From an uncultured cyanobacterium (GTDB taxonomy: Bacteria > Cyanobacteriota > Cyanobacteriia > Pseudanabaenales > Pseudanabaenaceae): a stretch of DNA of 64,000 nucleotides. Every line of letters begins with the position of its first letter. Position 1 is the first letter of the stretch. Where the stretch lies: positions 2,112,001 through 2,176,000 of the forward strand of contig OY969811.1 in the NCBI GenBank assembly GCA_963703315.1. The letters are read 5' to 3'. The position numbers were made by a program, and so were the translations under genes. Below the pieces are notes generated by a model. It was not told the DNA's origin and did no database searches. It saw only the letters and a program-made list of their open reading frames with translations. Positions 55,101-62,018 of the stretch are shown here, piece after piece.

Positions 55101-55955
55101 GGAGACTGACCTATCTACAGAAATTTTAGGATCTGTCAAATCATCGGTTCTTTGAATTTTTTGTTGAGGGTGATCACTTCCTAAAGTAGCGTTCTCAGAG
55201 AAAATTTCATGATTTTGAATTACTGGTGTATTTCTGGTGGTTTCAGGGTTAGCAAAATCTGAAGTTCTTTGAATTTGTTGAGGGCGATCGCTTTCTGAAA
55301 TAGTGTTATAAGTTAAACTTTCAGGACTTTGAATTACTGATATATTTTTTGTAGTTTCAGGAATGATCAAATCAGATGTTCTTTGAATTTGTTGATCGCT
55401 ATCTAAGTTAGAGCTAGATGCAATTGGCGAATCATCAGATTCCTGAATAGATAAATTTTCGGATATATTAGCTGGTACATCTGATGTCAAATCATTTACT
55501 AGGGAAGGATTTGTAAGAGATTCTTGACTAGGTAATTCTAGAGAATTATTAATTTGTGGATTGTCTAGAACTTGCCGTTGAATTGATATAGATTGAGGAG
55601 GAGTATCTAGCGATCGCTGTAACTGTGAATTTGGTTGAGAAGATAGCTGCTGAGATTGAATATTAGGTTGACTTGATGCTTGCGGTATAGGTTCTAGATC
55701 GGATGAAGATTGAATCGGCTGATTGAAAAAAGGCAAGCTATCAAAGGAGTTATGCAAAGATCCTAAATCGCCACCAAATTCAATACTATCAGGATCGACT
55801 AACGAGATTGCCCCTAACGGATAAATAAATTTAGGTTGTAGAAATGACTGTCCCAGAGGCTGTGGTACAAGCAAAGGGGTGTAATTACCTAATGGAATTT
55901 CATCAGGTATACCATCGTTACTAGCATCAAAAGGAATTGCGGTATTTTCAGCCAT
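49140..55955 (-). CDS. 2271-aa Ser/Asp/Gln-rich repeat protein in the CIS operon (candidate tape-measure-like)
   Basis: Open frame with roughly 45-50 (I/V)Q(R/K) repeats; C-terminal LAQEIYVLLKQRLEIEKERQG motif; lies between the tube and tube-initiator genes. Confidence 0.8.
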   Translation of the reverse strand: MAENTAIPFDASNDGIPDEIPLGNYTPLLVPQPLGQSFLQPKFIYPLGAISLVDPDSIEFGGDLGSLHNSFDSLPFFNQPIQSSSDLEPIPQASSQPNIQSQQLSSQPNSQLQRSLDTPPQSISIQRQVLDNPQINNSLELPSQESLTNPSLVNDLTSDVPANISENLSIQESDDSPIASSSNLDSDQQIQRTSDLIIPETTKNISVIQSPESLTYNTISESDRPQQIQRTSDFANPETTRNTPVIQNHEIFSENATLGSDHPQQKIQRTDDLTDPKISVDRSVSSNLETLSDSPVLESNAFQQVQRNPDFATPETTRDTSIIQNHEAFSDNNVASEIDHNPQIQKSSDSTNPEISLDRSVSSNLETFSDSPILGSNDFQQIQKISDLINPEASKNTPVVQNPKKFFDENTLESDCHQQIQKSSEINLSNSVSDKNTLPASNTETISSNTILEGEPPQIIQRTSDFLTFEINPNSSTSESNTSLVPNTETVSDNRVIESDRPQPVQETSTFANPEIHRDTSVSDNDISIAQSSENTLDSPVLEAKESFQHIQRASDLNTPNISLDCPILGNNNLESSNPINFSDNSVSAREDKSKIQRMPDLSSGDNAALQNDLTLPIQRNTNLISSENFVDIPVESDLISDIHNPENPFDRNCPESNNTQRIQRVADFSDSESSTDISLFQSPEIFSDSSILEGSNTQQIQLASDLPSPETLSDGSIVEGGTTQYIQKDYDSVNSSTSINKNSLASDRIQDIQRKLDGSPLDSNILHKDSSLTPEISQNFADNDVLESDQPQAIQRNSDLANLVSSKDTSVVQSSQNFTDKAASENSLSQKIQKSSDFTSPEISSDSLVTEENTSQHIQRSSDSRSSVADSNESVVQSSEAFSDRNVLESDQIQQIQNSSDLPSPAILVDSQPSESDRPQQIQRNLDFTSSQTSRDPSVIQGSKSFSNNTNTILESGHLQQVQRNDDITSSEIPVDSSILESDSSVVQSSETFSNKSFLESNQSQQIQRDYDFSNSESSTDTSLFQSPEIFSDVVAESDHPQQIQRNSDLVTPDINLKSTISESSTPVVIDSPEMFSGNAVTESDSPQQIQRTSNLNTPEINLNSSILESNTSVIQNPETVSGNAVTKNDRFQQIQRASDLITPEITFNSNDLENITSIPQSNETLDAYIPESDRPQSIPIISDLNSPISDITVSQDTQSQPIQKTADLTSSKPSIDSIASPREYLLSGVQRSSDLGIPISSSDNSILENNLTQDIPKLSDVPSLNINILQDDSNLTPIPSFTSFTDSAAVEVNQPQQIQRDSDINSPENSRDTSVVQSSETLSKRGISERDRSPQIQRNDDLSNPEITLGSNDLETINSLSQSNETLDSIVPEVNQTQQIQRNADVISSTISRKILASDTAISTVQSSENISDSHISESGFPQQIQRSSNLDFPNIPVDISVVDSNKSVVQSSEASSDNNILKSDQREQIQKSSDVVSSKILVDSQISERDRAQKIQRASNLINPEISVVRPVEEINPSTNLTFKTSTDTTATESDHSQQKIQRTSDLITPEINLGSNNLETVTSVSPSNETLDAYIAESDRPQQVQRAFNLTNPEISVDNPILESDTSVIPSPTNFADNSISETDVTQKIQRSSDLTSAKSLVDSPVLKSDDISIQKISDFTSPVISKDTSLVQSIETTSDNTVSESDRPQQIQRTSDLITPEINLGSNNLETVTSVSPSNETLDAYIAESDRPQQVQRAFDLTNPEISVDNPILESDPLAISSPTNFANSSISESNVTRQIQRSSDLTSPESLVDSPVLESDYTSTQEISKETLLVHSPEPISDNAGISGSDYTQRNQTNNSKTFSDSSVTKEDTTQKIQKSPNLTSPKISLDNSVLDTPSSAAPNPETSTDRVSSKSLDSIQAQQIQRKDDFSNSETSQDISVVQSLPTSSSNSDDPVTESDYPQQIQRDDNLINTKIAVDSPVTESNISTDKISETDYNKSVAKVDITQQIQKISTADNEDQKIIQMMTDTSNDQELKLPTVIQNLGQTEYLGNFSSLTTSKSPITNSQRLLSKSSSNQLSPNSLSNNLPTTIQTKHEQNSDLNETGSMGWSNISELLANLPPPTSSSNSSTNSLNKQQTNSSDRSSLASSTSTSSTSLPSSTTTIQRSPDPSYVNNNVNSDNDQDLYLTPTGLQKGNPNQVVQTKSNSISNAIQRSSENGNSQNSDLPEATVSVQPRQEQENEDEENFSKNLESLAQEIYVLLKQRLEIEKERQGSHYQGRLPW

Positions 55956-55958
55956 GTT

Positions 55959-56465
55959 TTAAGAACTAGGGAAAGAACCATTATTTGCATCTCGCGCTAC
56001 CACAGAAGCAACACCACCACCCGTTGTCGCTACCGTCAAGCCTTCAATCGCTAAAGTTAACTCTTCGATCGCCACAGCATTACCATCAGCTTGTAAGGAT
56101 GGCGCTTGCCAACTGACAGGAATTGCACCAATCAAAGTCCAGCATTGTCTAGTTTCACCCGCTTGATTAAATAGCAAAATCCGAATATTCCGTCGTCGCG
56201 ATGTAGTTGCTGTAAACCAACTCCAAAAGCTGAGGTCATCAGTTACGCCACGTTTAAGCTTTACCTCCGAAAAAGATGCATGACCTAAGAGAATCTTCTG
56301 TTGGTTATTATTACCACCCTCAAAATAGGTTTCGTAGTTTACTTTGGCACTCAACCCAGCACATTCTGTAAAACAAGCCACAATCGTTGAATCAGGAGTC
56401 ATTTCCACATAGAAGTGATTAGTGGTGACGTAGGACTCAGCCCTAGCAAATCCGCTACTGGTCAT
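55959..56465 (-). CDS. Phage tail tube (T4 gp19-like) protein, Afp5-like
   Basis: F.EC.GL, EGG.N, V.LKRG.T, W...GA.P..W..P.L.A.GNAVAIEEL.L. Confidence 0.92.
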   Translation of the reverse strand: MTSSGFARAESYVTTNHFYVEMTPDSTIVACFTECAGLSAKVNYETYFEGGNNNQQKILLGHASFSEVKLKRGVTDDLSFWSWFTATTSRRRNIRILLFNQAGETRQCWTLIGAIPVSWQAPSLQADGNAVAIEELTLAIEGLTVATTGGGVASVVARDANNGSFPSS

Positions 56466-56638
56466 AACCTACCCTCATAATTTCTGCCAGTGCGTTCTTT
56501 TTGCTGTCGCAGATCATCGGCAAGCAATTCATAGACCCGATCGCTAAGTAATCTCATCTGTAAAGGTTCCTGAAGAATTTTGGCAGCAAACTTGGCTAGT
56601 TCTGCCTTTGCCTTTAGTTCATCAGAATGCTTTACCAT
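56462..56638 (-). CDS. Small 58-aa CIS-associated protein (absent from the ORF track)
   Basis: Manual translation MVKHSDELKAKAELAKFAAKILQEPLQMRLLSDRVYELLADDLRQQKERTGRNYEGRL*; its TGA overlaps the tube ATG (ATGA). Confidence 0.8.
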   Translation of the reverse strand: MVKHSDELKAKAELAKFAAKILQEPLQMRLLSDRVYELLADDLRQQKERTGRNYEGRL

Positions 56639-56738
56639 CGGGATTTTACTGAATTTTGTATATTTACACGTATATTCACACGTATATCTATTCTATCGTA
56701 ATACCAAAATTTTGTTATGCGCGGTTTCTCTTGATTTG

Positions 56739-56842
56739 TAAGTAGCTAGGCATAAGTAAACTTAAAACCTAGAAGCTTGTGCCGCCCGCTACGCGGGCGG
56801 CACAAGCTCTGGTTTTGGTTTTTAACTATGCTGAGCTACTTA
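56739..56842 (-). mobile_element. MITE-like family A copy (inverted relative to 6367-6470)
   Basis: 102/104 identical by manual comparison. Confidence 0.8.
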
Positions 56843-56871
56843 ACGAAATGACGTGCGTCATTTCGTTAAGA

Positions 56872-59268
56872 CTATTTGATCGGGAACTTCAAAGGAATTA
56901 ATCCCGTTTGTTTCAATAAATTCTGGGCTTCCTCGGTTCTCATGATTGCCACAAAACGCTCAGCGATCGGTACGCGCCGATTGTCGCGGGTATAGACGAC
57001 GGAAATCGGATAGGCAAGGGGATAGGTTTGATTAATAAAAGCTGTGTAGTTTTGGATATAGCTACCTTTTTCATTACAGAGATCGATATCAGGGGCGATC
57101 GCCTTTCCTGTTTTAAAAACTAACGGTGGGACAAATGATTTGTAATCATCGGCAAGAGTCAAGGGATAAACTGAGCATTGTCCAAAAACTTGACTGATGG
57201 AGCCGAAGGAAATACTACCAATATTGCGATCTTCAAAATCTTGAATTACTTGTCGTAAGGAATCAAAAACTGATAAGGATGAGATTCCATTACTGCCTTC
57301 CTGTTGCAATTGTCGAAAAGCAGCGATCGCCGCTTCATCCTTGAGAACTCGATTTTCAAAGATTTTGATGGACTCACTATCTAGAGGTATATAGAGCTTG
57401 ACAGGTAAATTAGGTCCCCCTAACTGTCGCCAATTGATAATTTCGCCTGTGTAGAGTTGGCGCAATTGGGCAAAGGTAAGTCTGCCTTGGAGGGCTGTCG
57501 GTAAGCTGTTATTACGTTGGGCATAACTAAAAGCCACAAATACCGTTAAGCCATCGTAGGCAATATCTTGAGTAATGAAATTGCCACCTCGATTATTAAT
57601 TACGCTAGAGATGGCAAAGTCGGCTTGGTTGGATTGCAACTGGGAGATCGTTGACTGATCATTGCTGATAGGTTGATAGCTAAGCTGAAGTTTTGGTTGA
57701 CGTTTTTGTAGTTCATCTTCAAGGGTTGCACCTTTAGCAATCAAATTATTTTGGAGAAGTGTGTAATTCCAAGTGCCATTCTTCTCTGATGTATAGGTAA
57801 ACTTACCTTCGGGAATATCCGATATTTGGTTAATGCAGCAGGGGAAGTTCAAATTAGCCGCTTTGGGCGGTTGGGTTAACCAGAAATATAACAAGAAAGC
57901 TAGTAAAACTAAGAGAATGACTGCAATAGCGATCGCAATTACTTTCTTGGTGATCCAACTCCACCAAGTTTTTTTCTGTTCAAATCCTACTGCTTTTTGA
58001 TCAACGAATTCAATAATTGCTTCACGATCAATATGGATACGGAGTAAAGCTCGACGGGCTACTTCGGCACTACTATAACTAGTCTCACCAAACCCAATCA
58101 AGTTCTGAATAAACTTTCGCAAACCAGCATTAGTTTGGATTCCCCAATGGTTAATTTCGTGGGGATTTAGACAAGTCCGATTTTCTAAATCAATCACACC
58201 ACCTTGTAATAGATAGAACGCGATATAGCCCAAATCTTCAAGATCGCGATTGATGGAATACGTTGGCGCTTGGGTGTCTGGTGTATAAAATCGATCTTCC
58301 CAAAGTGCCATATCACTAAGATAAATCGTAAATCCTTGGAAATTCGATCTAATGGCAATGCTATAAAAAGTCAAGTTGCCGTGAGGTAAGCCTGATGTAA
58401 CTACACCAGAGCGTAGTCTGTACTTTTGAGAGTGCAAGGATTCAAGAGTCTGTAAAGCTTGATTGAGAAATGACTTGACTTGCCAGCTATTCATCGCTCC
58501 ATTAATTGCGAGATAGTCAGCTAAAGCGATCGCCTGATCACTTTGAGGAAGAATTACATAACATCGTTCTTCGCGACTATCAGCGATCGCCTCAATTGGC
58601 GTTACTAACCGTGAGTCTTGGACTCTACCATCCGATAGTTTTAGCTCTGCGGAAGCTTCAAAATTGCGTTGACAAGCTCTAGTTTCCTGTTCATTAAAAT
58701 ATTTTTTAGGAATGACATATTCCTTCAGTAAAAACGATTCTCCATCCGATAGGTTAGTGGCGTTATAAAGTCTGCCACTGCCACGAATACCAATGTAATT
58801 ATCTACTTGATAAACTCCTTTTCTTCCACGCAACTTTACTTCAGAAGGTAAACTGGCTGGGAACTGACATTTTTTACAATATTTATTATTGGGATCGTCG
58901 ATAACGGTTTCATGGGGATATTCACACCGAAAAGGGTTGGATTCTTGACATTTATAACGCAAAAATTGCGGCTTAATTTGCCAGATCGTCCCCACTCGCG
59001 ACTCAATGGCAATTTCTTTTAAAACCTCCTTAGTCTCTAGCTTTTCAGGAAGACCAATACCTTTAAAGGAAGTAATTGAAGGAGGCTCAATCCCTAAGTC
59101 ATCCCGCAAAAATGGAATCAGAAACCGTAAAGGTGCAGGAACGTTTTTGTTTAAAAATTCAACAAAACGATTACCAATGAGACCATCGATCGCTCCAAGA
59201 AACTGACTCCAAACTTCGGTAATGCGTTTCCATAGTTTTTGCCAGACATTCGGAGCTTTACTTGCCAT
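56872..59268 (-). CDS. Cys-cluster / Ser-Thr kinase-like domain / TM / PstS-like substrate-binding domain fusion
   Basis: C-x6-C and CKKC; G.RGSGRLY, LLKEY, HGNL, DL..LG; TM at IAIAIAVILLVLLAFLLYFW; IAYDGL.VFV, LRQLYTGEI.NW..LGGP, YPL..PI.VVY. Confidence 0.85.
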   Translation of the reverse strand: MASKAPNVWQKLWKRITEVWSQFLGAIDGLIGNRFVEFLNKNVPAPLRFLIPFLRDDLGIEPPSITSFKGIGLPEKLETKEVLKEIAIESRVGTIWQIKPQFLRYKCQESNPFRCEYPHETVIDDPNNKYCKKCQFPASLPSEVKLRGRKGVYQVDNYIGIRGSGRLYNATNLSDGESFLLKEYVIPKKYFNEQETRACQRNFEASAELKLSDGRVQDSRLVTPIEAIADSREERCYVILPQSDQAIALADYLAINGAMNSWQVKSFLNQALQTLESLHSQKYRLRSGVVTSGLPHGNLTFYSIAIRSNFQGFTIYLSDMALWEDRFYTPDTQAPTYSINRDLEDLGYIAFYLLQGGVIDLENRTCLNPHEINHWGIQTNAGLRKFIQNLIGFGETSYSSAEVARRALLRIHIDREAIIEFVDQKAVGFEQKKTWWSWITKKVIAIAIAVILLVLLAFLLYFWLTQPPKAANLNFPCCINQISDIPEGKFTYTSEKNGTWNYTLLQNNLIAKGATLEDELQKRQPKLQLSYQPISNDQSTISQLQSNQADFAISSVINNRGGNFITQDIAYDGLTVFVAFSYAQRNNSLPTALQGRLTFAQLRQLYTGEIINWRQLGGPNLPVKLYIPLDSESIKIFENRVLKDEAAIAAFRQLQQEGSNGISSLSVFDSLRQVIQDFEDRNIGSISFGSISQVFGQCSVYPLTLADDYKSFVPPLVFKTGKAIAPDIDLCNEKGSYIQNYTAFINQTYPLAYPISVVYTRDNRRVPIAERFVAIMRTEEAQNLLKQTGLIPLKFPIK

Positions 59269-59334
59269 AAATTGCTTGCCTTATTCCCTGTTGCTATAGA
59301 CTATTATCACTAATGTTACAATGTTTGGGATAAG

Positions 59335-59397
59335 ATTTGTAAAATAACTGTTTCAGCCATATTCTTCTCAACAATAAATCATAAAATCAGCGATCGC
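59335..59397 (-). repeat. Array repeat copy R1 (truncated)
   Basis: atttgtaaaataactgtttcagccatatt; minus strand reads MAETVILQI; HIP1 at 59390-59397. Confidence 0.8.
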
Positions 59398-59417
59398 CTT
59401 ACTATTTGATACTTCTG

Positions 59418-59718
59418 CTAGAGGTGAAGTATTAACTTATCGTATTCTGCATGGGAGTCTATCCAAAACCAGATAACTGTATCTTTATCCAATTGTCCGA
59501 CAGCACGATAGTTTTTGCTAATACGCACTGAATAGATTGGTAGTTCTGAATGTATTTTTTTAAATCGTAAGCTGGGATGACTTGGATCTTCTTTAAAATG
59601 AATTATTCCATTGAATTTCATCTTCGAGTTCTTCTAAAATTATCATGGCGATCGCGTCTTGTTGCTCGACAGATAATGTTTTTAGTTTGGTAATTGTGCG
59701 ATCGAGTAACTCTGTCAT
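59418..59718 (-). pseudogene. Collapsed toxin-antitoxin pair: antitoxin 5' part (59593-59718) joined to RelE/ParE-like toxin 3' part (59418-59600)
   Basis: MTELLDRTITKLKTLSVEQQDAIAMIILEELEDEIQWNNSF* abuts FKEDPSHPSLRFKKIH...YSVRISKNYRAVG...WFWIDSHAEYDKL in another frame. Confidence 0.75.
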
Positions 59719-59768
59719 GGTTTCTATGTTCTTTAGTGAGAGTTAGTTATTACTGTATTTTAACTTTT

Positions 59769-59865
59769 ATCGCTAAGCATTGGTACAATCCTTCTGGTAT
59801 TTGCAAAACAACTGCTTCAACCATATTGTTAATAGAATCGCTAAATTTTTATATCTAGCGATCAC
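59769..59865 (-). repeat. Array repeat copy R2
   Basis: atcgctaagcattggtacaatccttctggtatttgcaaaacaactgcttcaaccatatt; minus strand reads MVEAVVLQIPEGLYQCLA. Confidence 0.85.
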
Positions 59866-59876
59866 ACGAAAACATA

Positions 59877-60950
59877 TTAATCCTGTTCTGATGAAGGTAA
59901 TCGCTGACGTGCCGATGCGATCGCTTGTTGGAGTTTTGCTTGAAGCAATTCTTTGGGTGGTAATACGGTGAGATATTCGGCGACATGGATACCGCTTTTG
60001 TCTAGTTCAAGTAATTCAATTTGTTCTTGTTTTTTACCTGCACATAAAATGATGCCCAATGGTGATTGTTCATCACTCTCTTGGTCATATTTGGCAAGCC
60101 AACGTAAATAAAGTTCCATTTGGCTTTTGTATTCATGGCGAAAGTTACCTAGTTTGAGGTCGATCGCTACTAGTCGTTTGAGTTTGCGGTTATAGAACAG
60201 CAGATCAATATAAAAGTCATCGTTATCGATTTGGATGCGTTTTTGTCGTGCGATAAAGGTGAATCCTGCACCAAGTTCTAATAAAAATTTCTCGATGTCC
60301 CGTAAGATAGCATCTTCGAGGTCTTTTTCGAGATAGCGATCGCTTATATCTAAAAAGTCTAGGATATAGGGATCTTTAAGCAGTAAATCAGGGGATATTT
60401 GCTTGTTTTGGCGAAGTTGTTCTAAATCGTGGCGAATAGTTTCTTCGGGCTTGCGTGAAATTGCAGTGCGCTCGAAAAGCATGGAGTTGATGCGTTCTTG
60501 CAGTTGGCGAGATGACCAGCCCTCTAAGCAGCAGATTTCGATGTAGAAGTTTCGTTTTAGTGGATCATCAAAGTACATGAGGGTCTTGATGTGTGTCCAG
60601 CTTAATTGTCTCCGCAGTGCAGAGACAATTTGCTCGTCAGGGAAAGTCTCTGCAAAATGAAGGCAATGTCTGAGTTGTTTTTCGCTCCAGCCTTTGCCGT
60701 AAGTTTGTGTAAGTTTTTGAGATAGGGTTGCAATAATTTGTTTGCCATATTCGGCACGTTGACCTTGCAGTATTTCGGTTTGAATGCGATCGCCGACTTG
60801 CCAATAGAGTAGAGTAATTTCGGCATTGATGGCAACGGCAGCGCGTTGTTTGGCGGCATCAATAAGCTGACGAATTTCGCTAAAGAGTGTTTGCGGTGTT
60901 TCTTGGATATTTGGAGTAATTTGTGGCGGGTTGCGATCAGCTTCGTTCAT
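59877..60950 (-). CDS. YhcG/DUF1016 family PDDEXK nuclease-domain protein
   Basis: YW.VG..I, RAEYGK, LSWTH, KDPYILDFL, LELG.GF.F..RQ, IDLLFY, IDLKLG.F, GIILC. Confidence 0.92.
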   Translation of the reverse strand: MNEADRNPPQITPNIQETPQTLFSEIRQLIDAAKQRAAVAINAEITLLYWQVGDRIQTEILQGQRAEYGKQIIATLSQKLTQTYGKGWSEKQLRHCLHFAETFPDEQIVSALRRQLSWTHIKTLMYFDDPLKRNFYIEICCLEGWSSRQLQERINSMLFERTAISRKPEETIRHDLEQLRQNKQISPDLLLKDPYILDFLDISDRYLEKDLEDAILRDIEKFLLELGAGFTFIARQKRIQIDNDDFYIDLLFYNRKLKRLVAIDLKLGNFRHEYKSQMELYLRWLAKYDQESDEQSPLGIILCAGKKQEQIELLELDKSGIHVAEYLTVLPPKELLQAKLQQAIASARQRLPSSEQD

Positions 60951-60982
60951 AGGATTTCTCTATTTTGAGAATAAGTATTAAG

Positions 60983-61060
60983 GCGATCGCTAAGCGTTGG
61001 TATAAATGCTTCTAGTATTTATAAAACAACGGTTTCAGCCATTTTTTGTAAATAGCATTG
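60983..61060 (-). repeat. Array repeat copy R3
   Basis: gcgatcgctaagcgttggtataaatgcttctagtatttataaaacaacggtttcagccat; minus strand reads MAETVVL*. Confidence 0.85.
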
Positions 61061-61063
61061 AAT

Positions 61064-61402
61064 TTAATTTCCGCTAATTTCTACTAATGATTCACCTGTA
61101 GCCAGAATTTCTAATGCTCTAGGTAAAGTAGCAGTTAGAATCTCTTTTAATTGGGCATTGGAAGTATTGCCAAACGTCAACCAAATAATTTGCGGTGGCG
61201 ATCCGAGCCGTTCAACTAGATCGACAAAATCACTATCTTTGGTCATGAAAATAATTTGCTGAGCTTTACCTGCTTCAAATATTTCTGGATCTTCTGCATC
61301 TCTTAAACCCAGATCTCGTAAAGCGAAGGCGCTTATGTTAAAGGTTCTAGAGATCCAAGGGGCGATCGCTGGTGATAAATGGGCATCAATCCAGATTGTC
61401 AT
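61064..61402 (-). CDS. DUF5615 PIN-like toxin
   Basis: IWIDAHLSP, GLRDAEDPEIF, MTKDSDF, PPQIIWL..GN.SN. Confidence 0.88.
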   Translation of the reverse strand: MTIWIDAHLSPAIAPWISRTFNISAFALRDLGLRDAEDPEIFEAGKAQQIIFMTKDSDFVDLVERLGSPPQIIWLTFGNTSNAQLKEILTATLPRALEILATGESLVEISGN

Positions 61403-61623
61403 GCGACTAATACGGGATGATTGAGTTTACGCGATGCATAGGCTAGTGCTGCTTTTAGGTCATCTCTTTCTAGATCGGGCATTTCTTCTAAAATCTCTTC
61501 GGCACTTAGTCCAGCTACAAACAAATCGAGAACATCTGAGACGCGAATTCTCATGCCACGAATGCAGGGACGACCGCCACATTGTCTGGGGTTGATAGTG
61601 ATTCTTCTAAGTAGTTCTGGCAT
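61399..61623 (-). CDS. DUF433 family antitoxin
   Basis: RITINP..CGGRPCIRGMRIRV, EEILEE.PDLE.DD..AAL.YA; ATGA overlap with the toxin. Confidence 0.92.
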   Translation of the reverse strand: MPELLRRITINPRQCGGRPCIRGMRIRVSDVLDLFVAGLSAEEILEEMPDLERDDLKAALAYASRKLNHPVLVA

Positions 61624-61674
61624 TTGAGTAGTTTCCTAACACTTTTCTCTAGTATAAATGGGTTGTATGGTAGT

Positions 61675-61758
61675 GCATCGCTAGGCGTTGGTACAATGCT
61701 TCTGGTATTTGCAAAACAACTGTTTCAGCCATATTTTTTCAATAGGTTAAATCATCTT
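61675..61758 (-). repeat. Array repeat copy R4 (best preserved)
   Basis: gcatcgctaggcgttggtacaatgcttctggtatttgcaaaacaactgtttcagccatatt; minus strand reads MAETVVLQIPEALYQRLA. Confidence 0.85.
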
Positions 61759-61811
61759 TATTTTATAGTCTATAATCCTAGATGATGTTGATTTTGAGGC
61801 TGAGTACTAAT

Positions 61812-62018
61812 ATGGCTGTAGCTAAAAAAGTTAGTCAAGAAAAAACAAGTAGTACTAGTAAGAAATCTGCTGGTGTTAAAAATTCTTCTCGGAAAAAGAA
61901 CTTAAGCCGTAAAGAGAAGTTGGAGTTGATTAGAAAAGCTAATCAGCTTCTGGAAAATGTTTGGGATAAGATTTACGATTCTCACCATCAGACTACGGAT
62001 GCCAAAATTAACCTTTGA
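61812..62018 (+). CDS. Small basic protein, putative antitoxin of the downstream PIN toxin
   Basis: 68-aa Lys/Ser-rich ORF overlapping the PIN gene start; TATAAT at 61771-61776. Confidence 0.6.
   Translation: MAVAKKVSQEKTSSTSKKSAGVKNSSRKKNLSRKEKLELIRKANQLLENVWDKIYDSHHQTTDAKINL

Noticed and set aside
45750..56638. Type VI secretion system or prophage
   Set aside because: No TssJLM, TssBC or ClpV, and no capsid, terminase, portal or integrase; the gene set and order fit an eCIS-type locus.
59418..59621. Intact 67-aa toxin as listed in the ORF track
   Set aside because: Its first residues derive from the antitoxin remnant's other frame; treated as a pseudogene fragment.
59780..59971. 63-aa plus-strand ORF
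   Set aside because: It overlaps repeat R2 and the antisense of the DUF1016 3' end; no coding signal.
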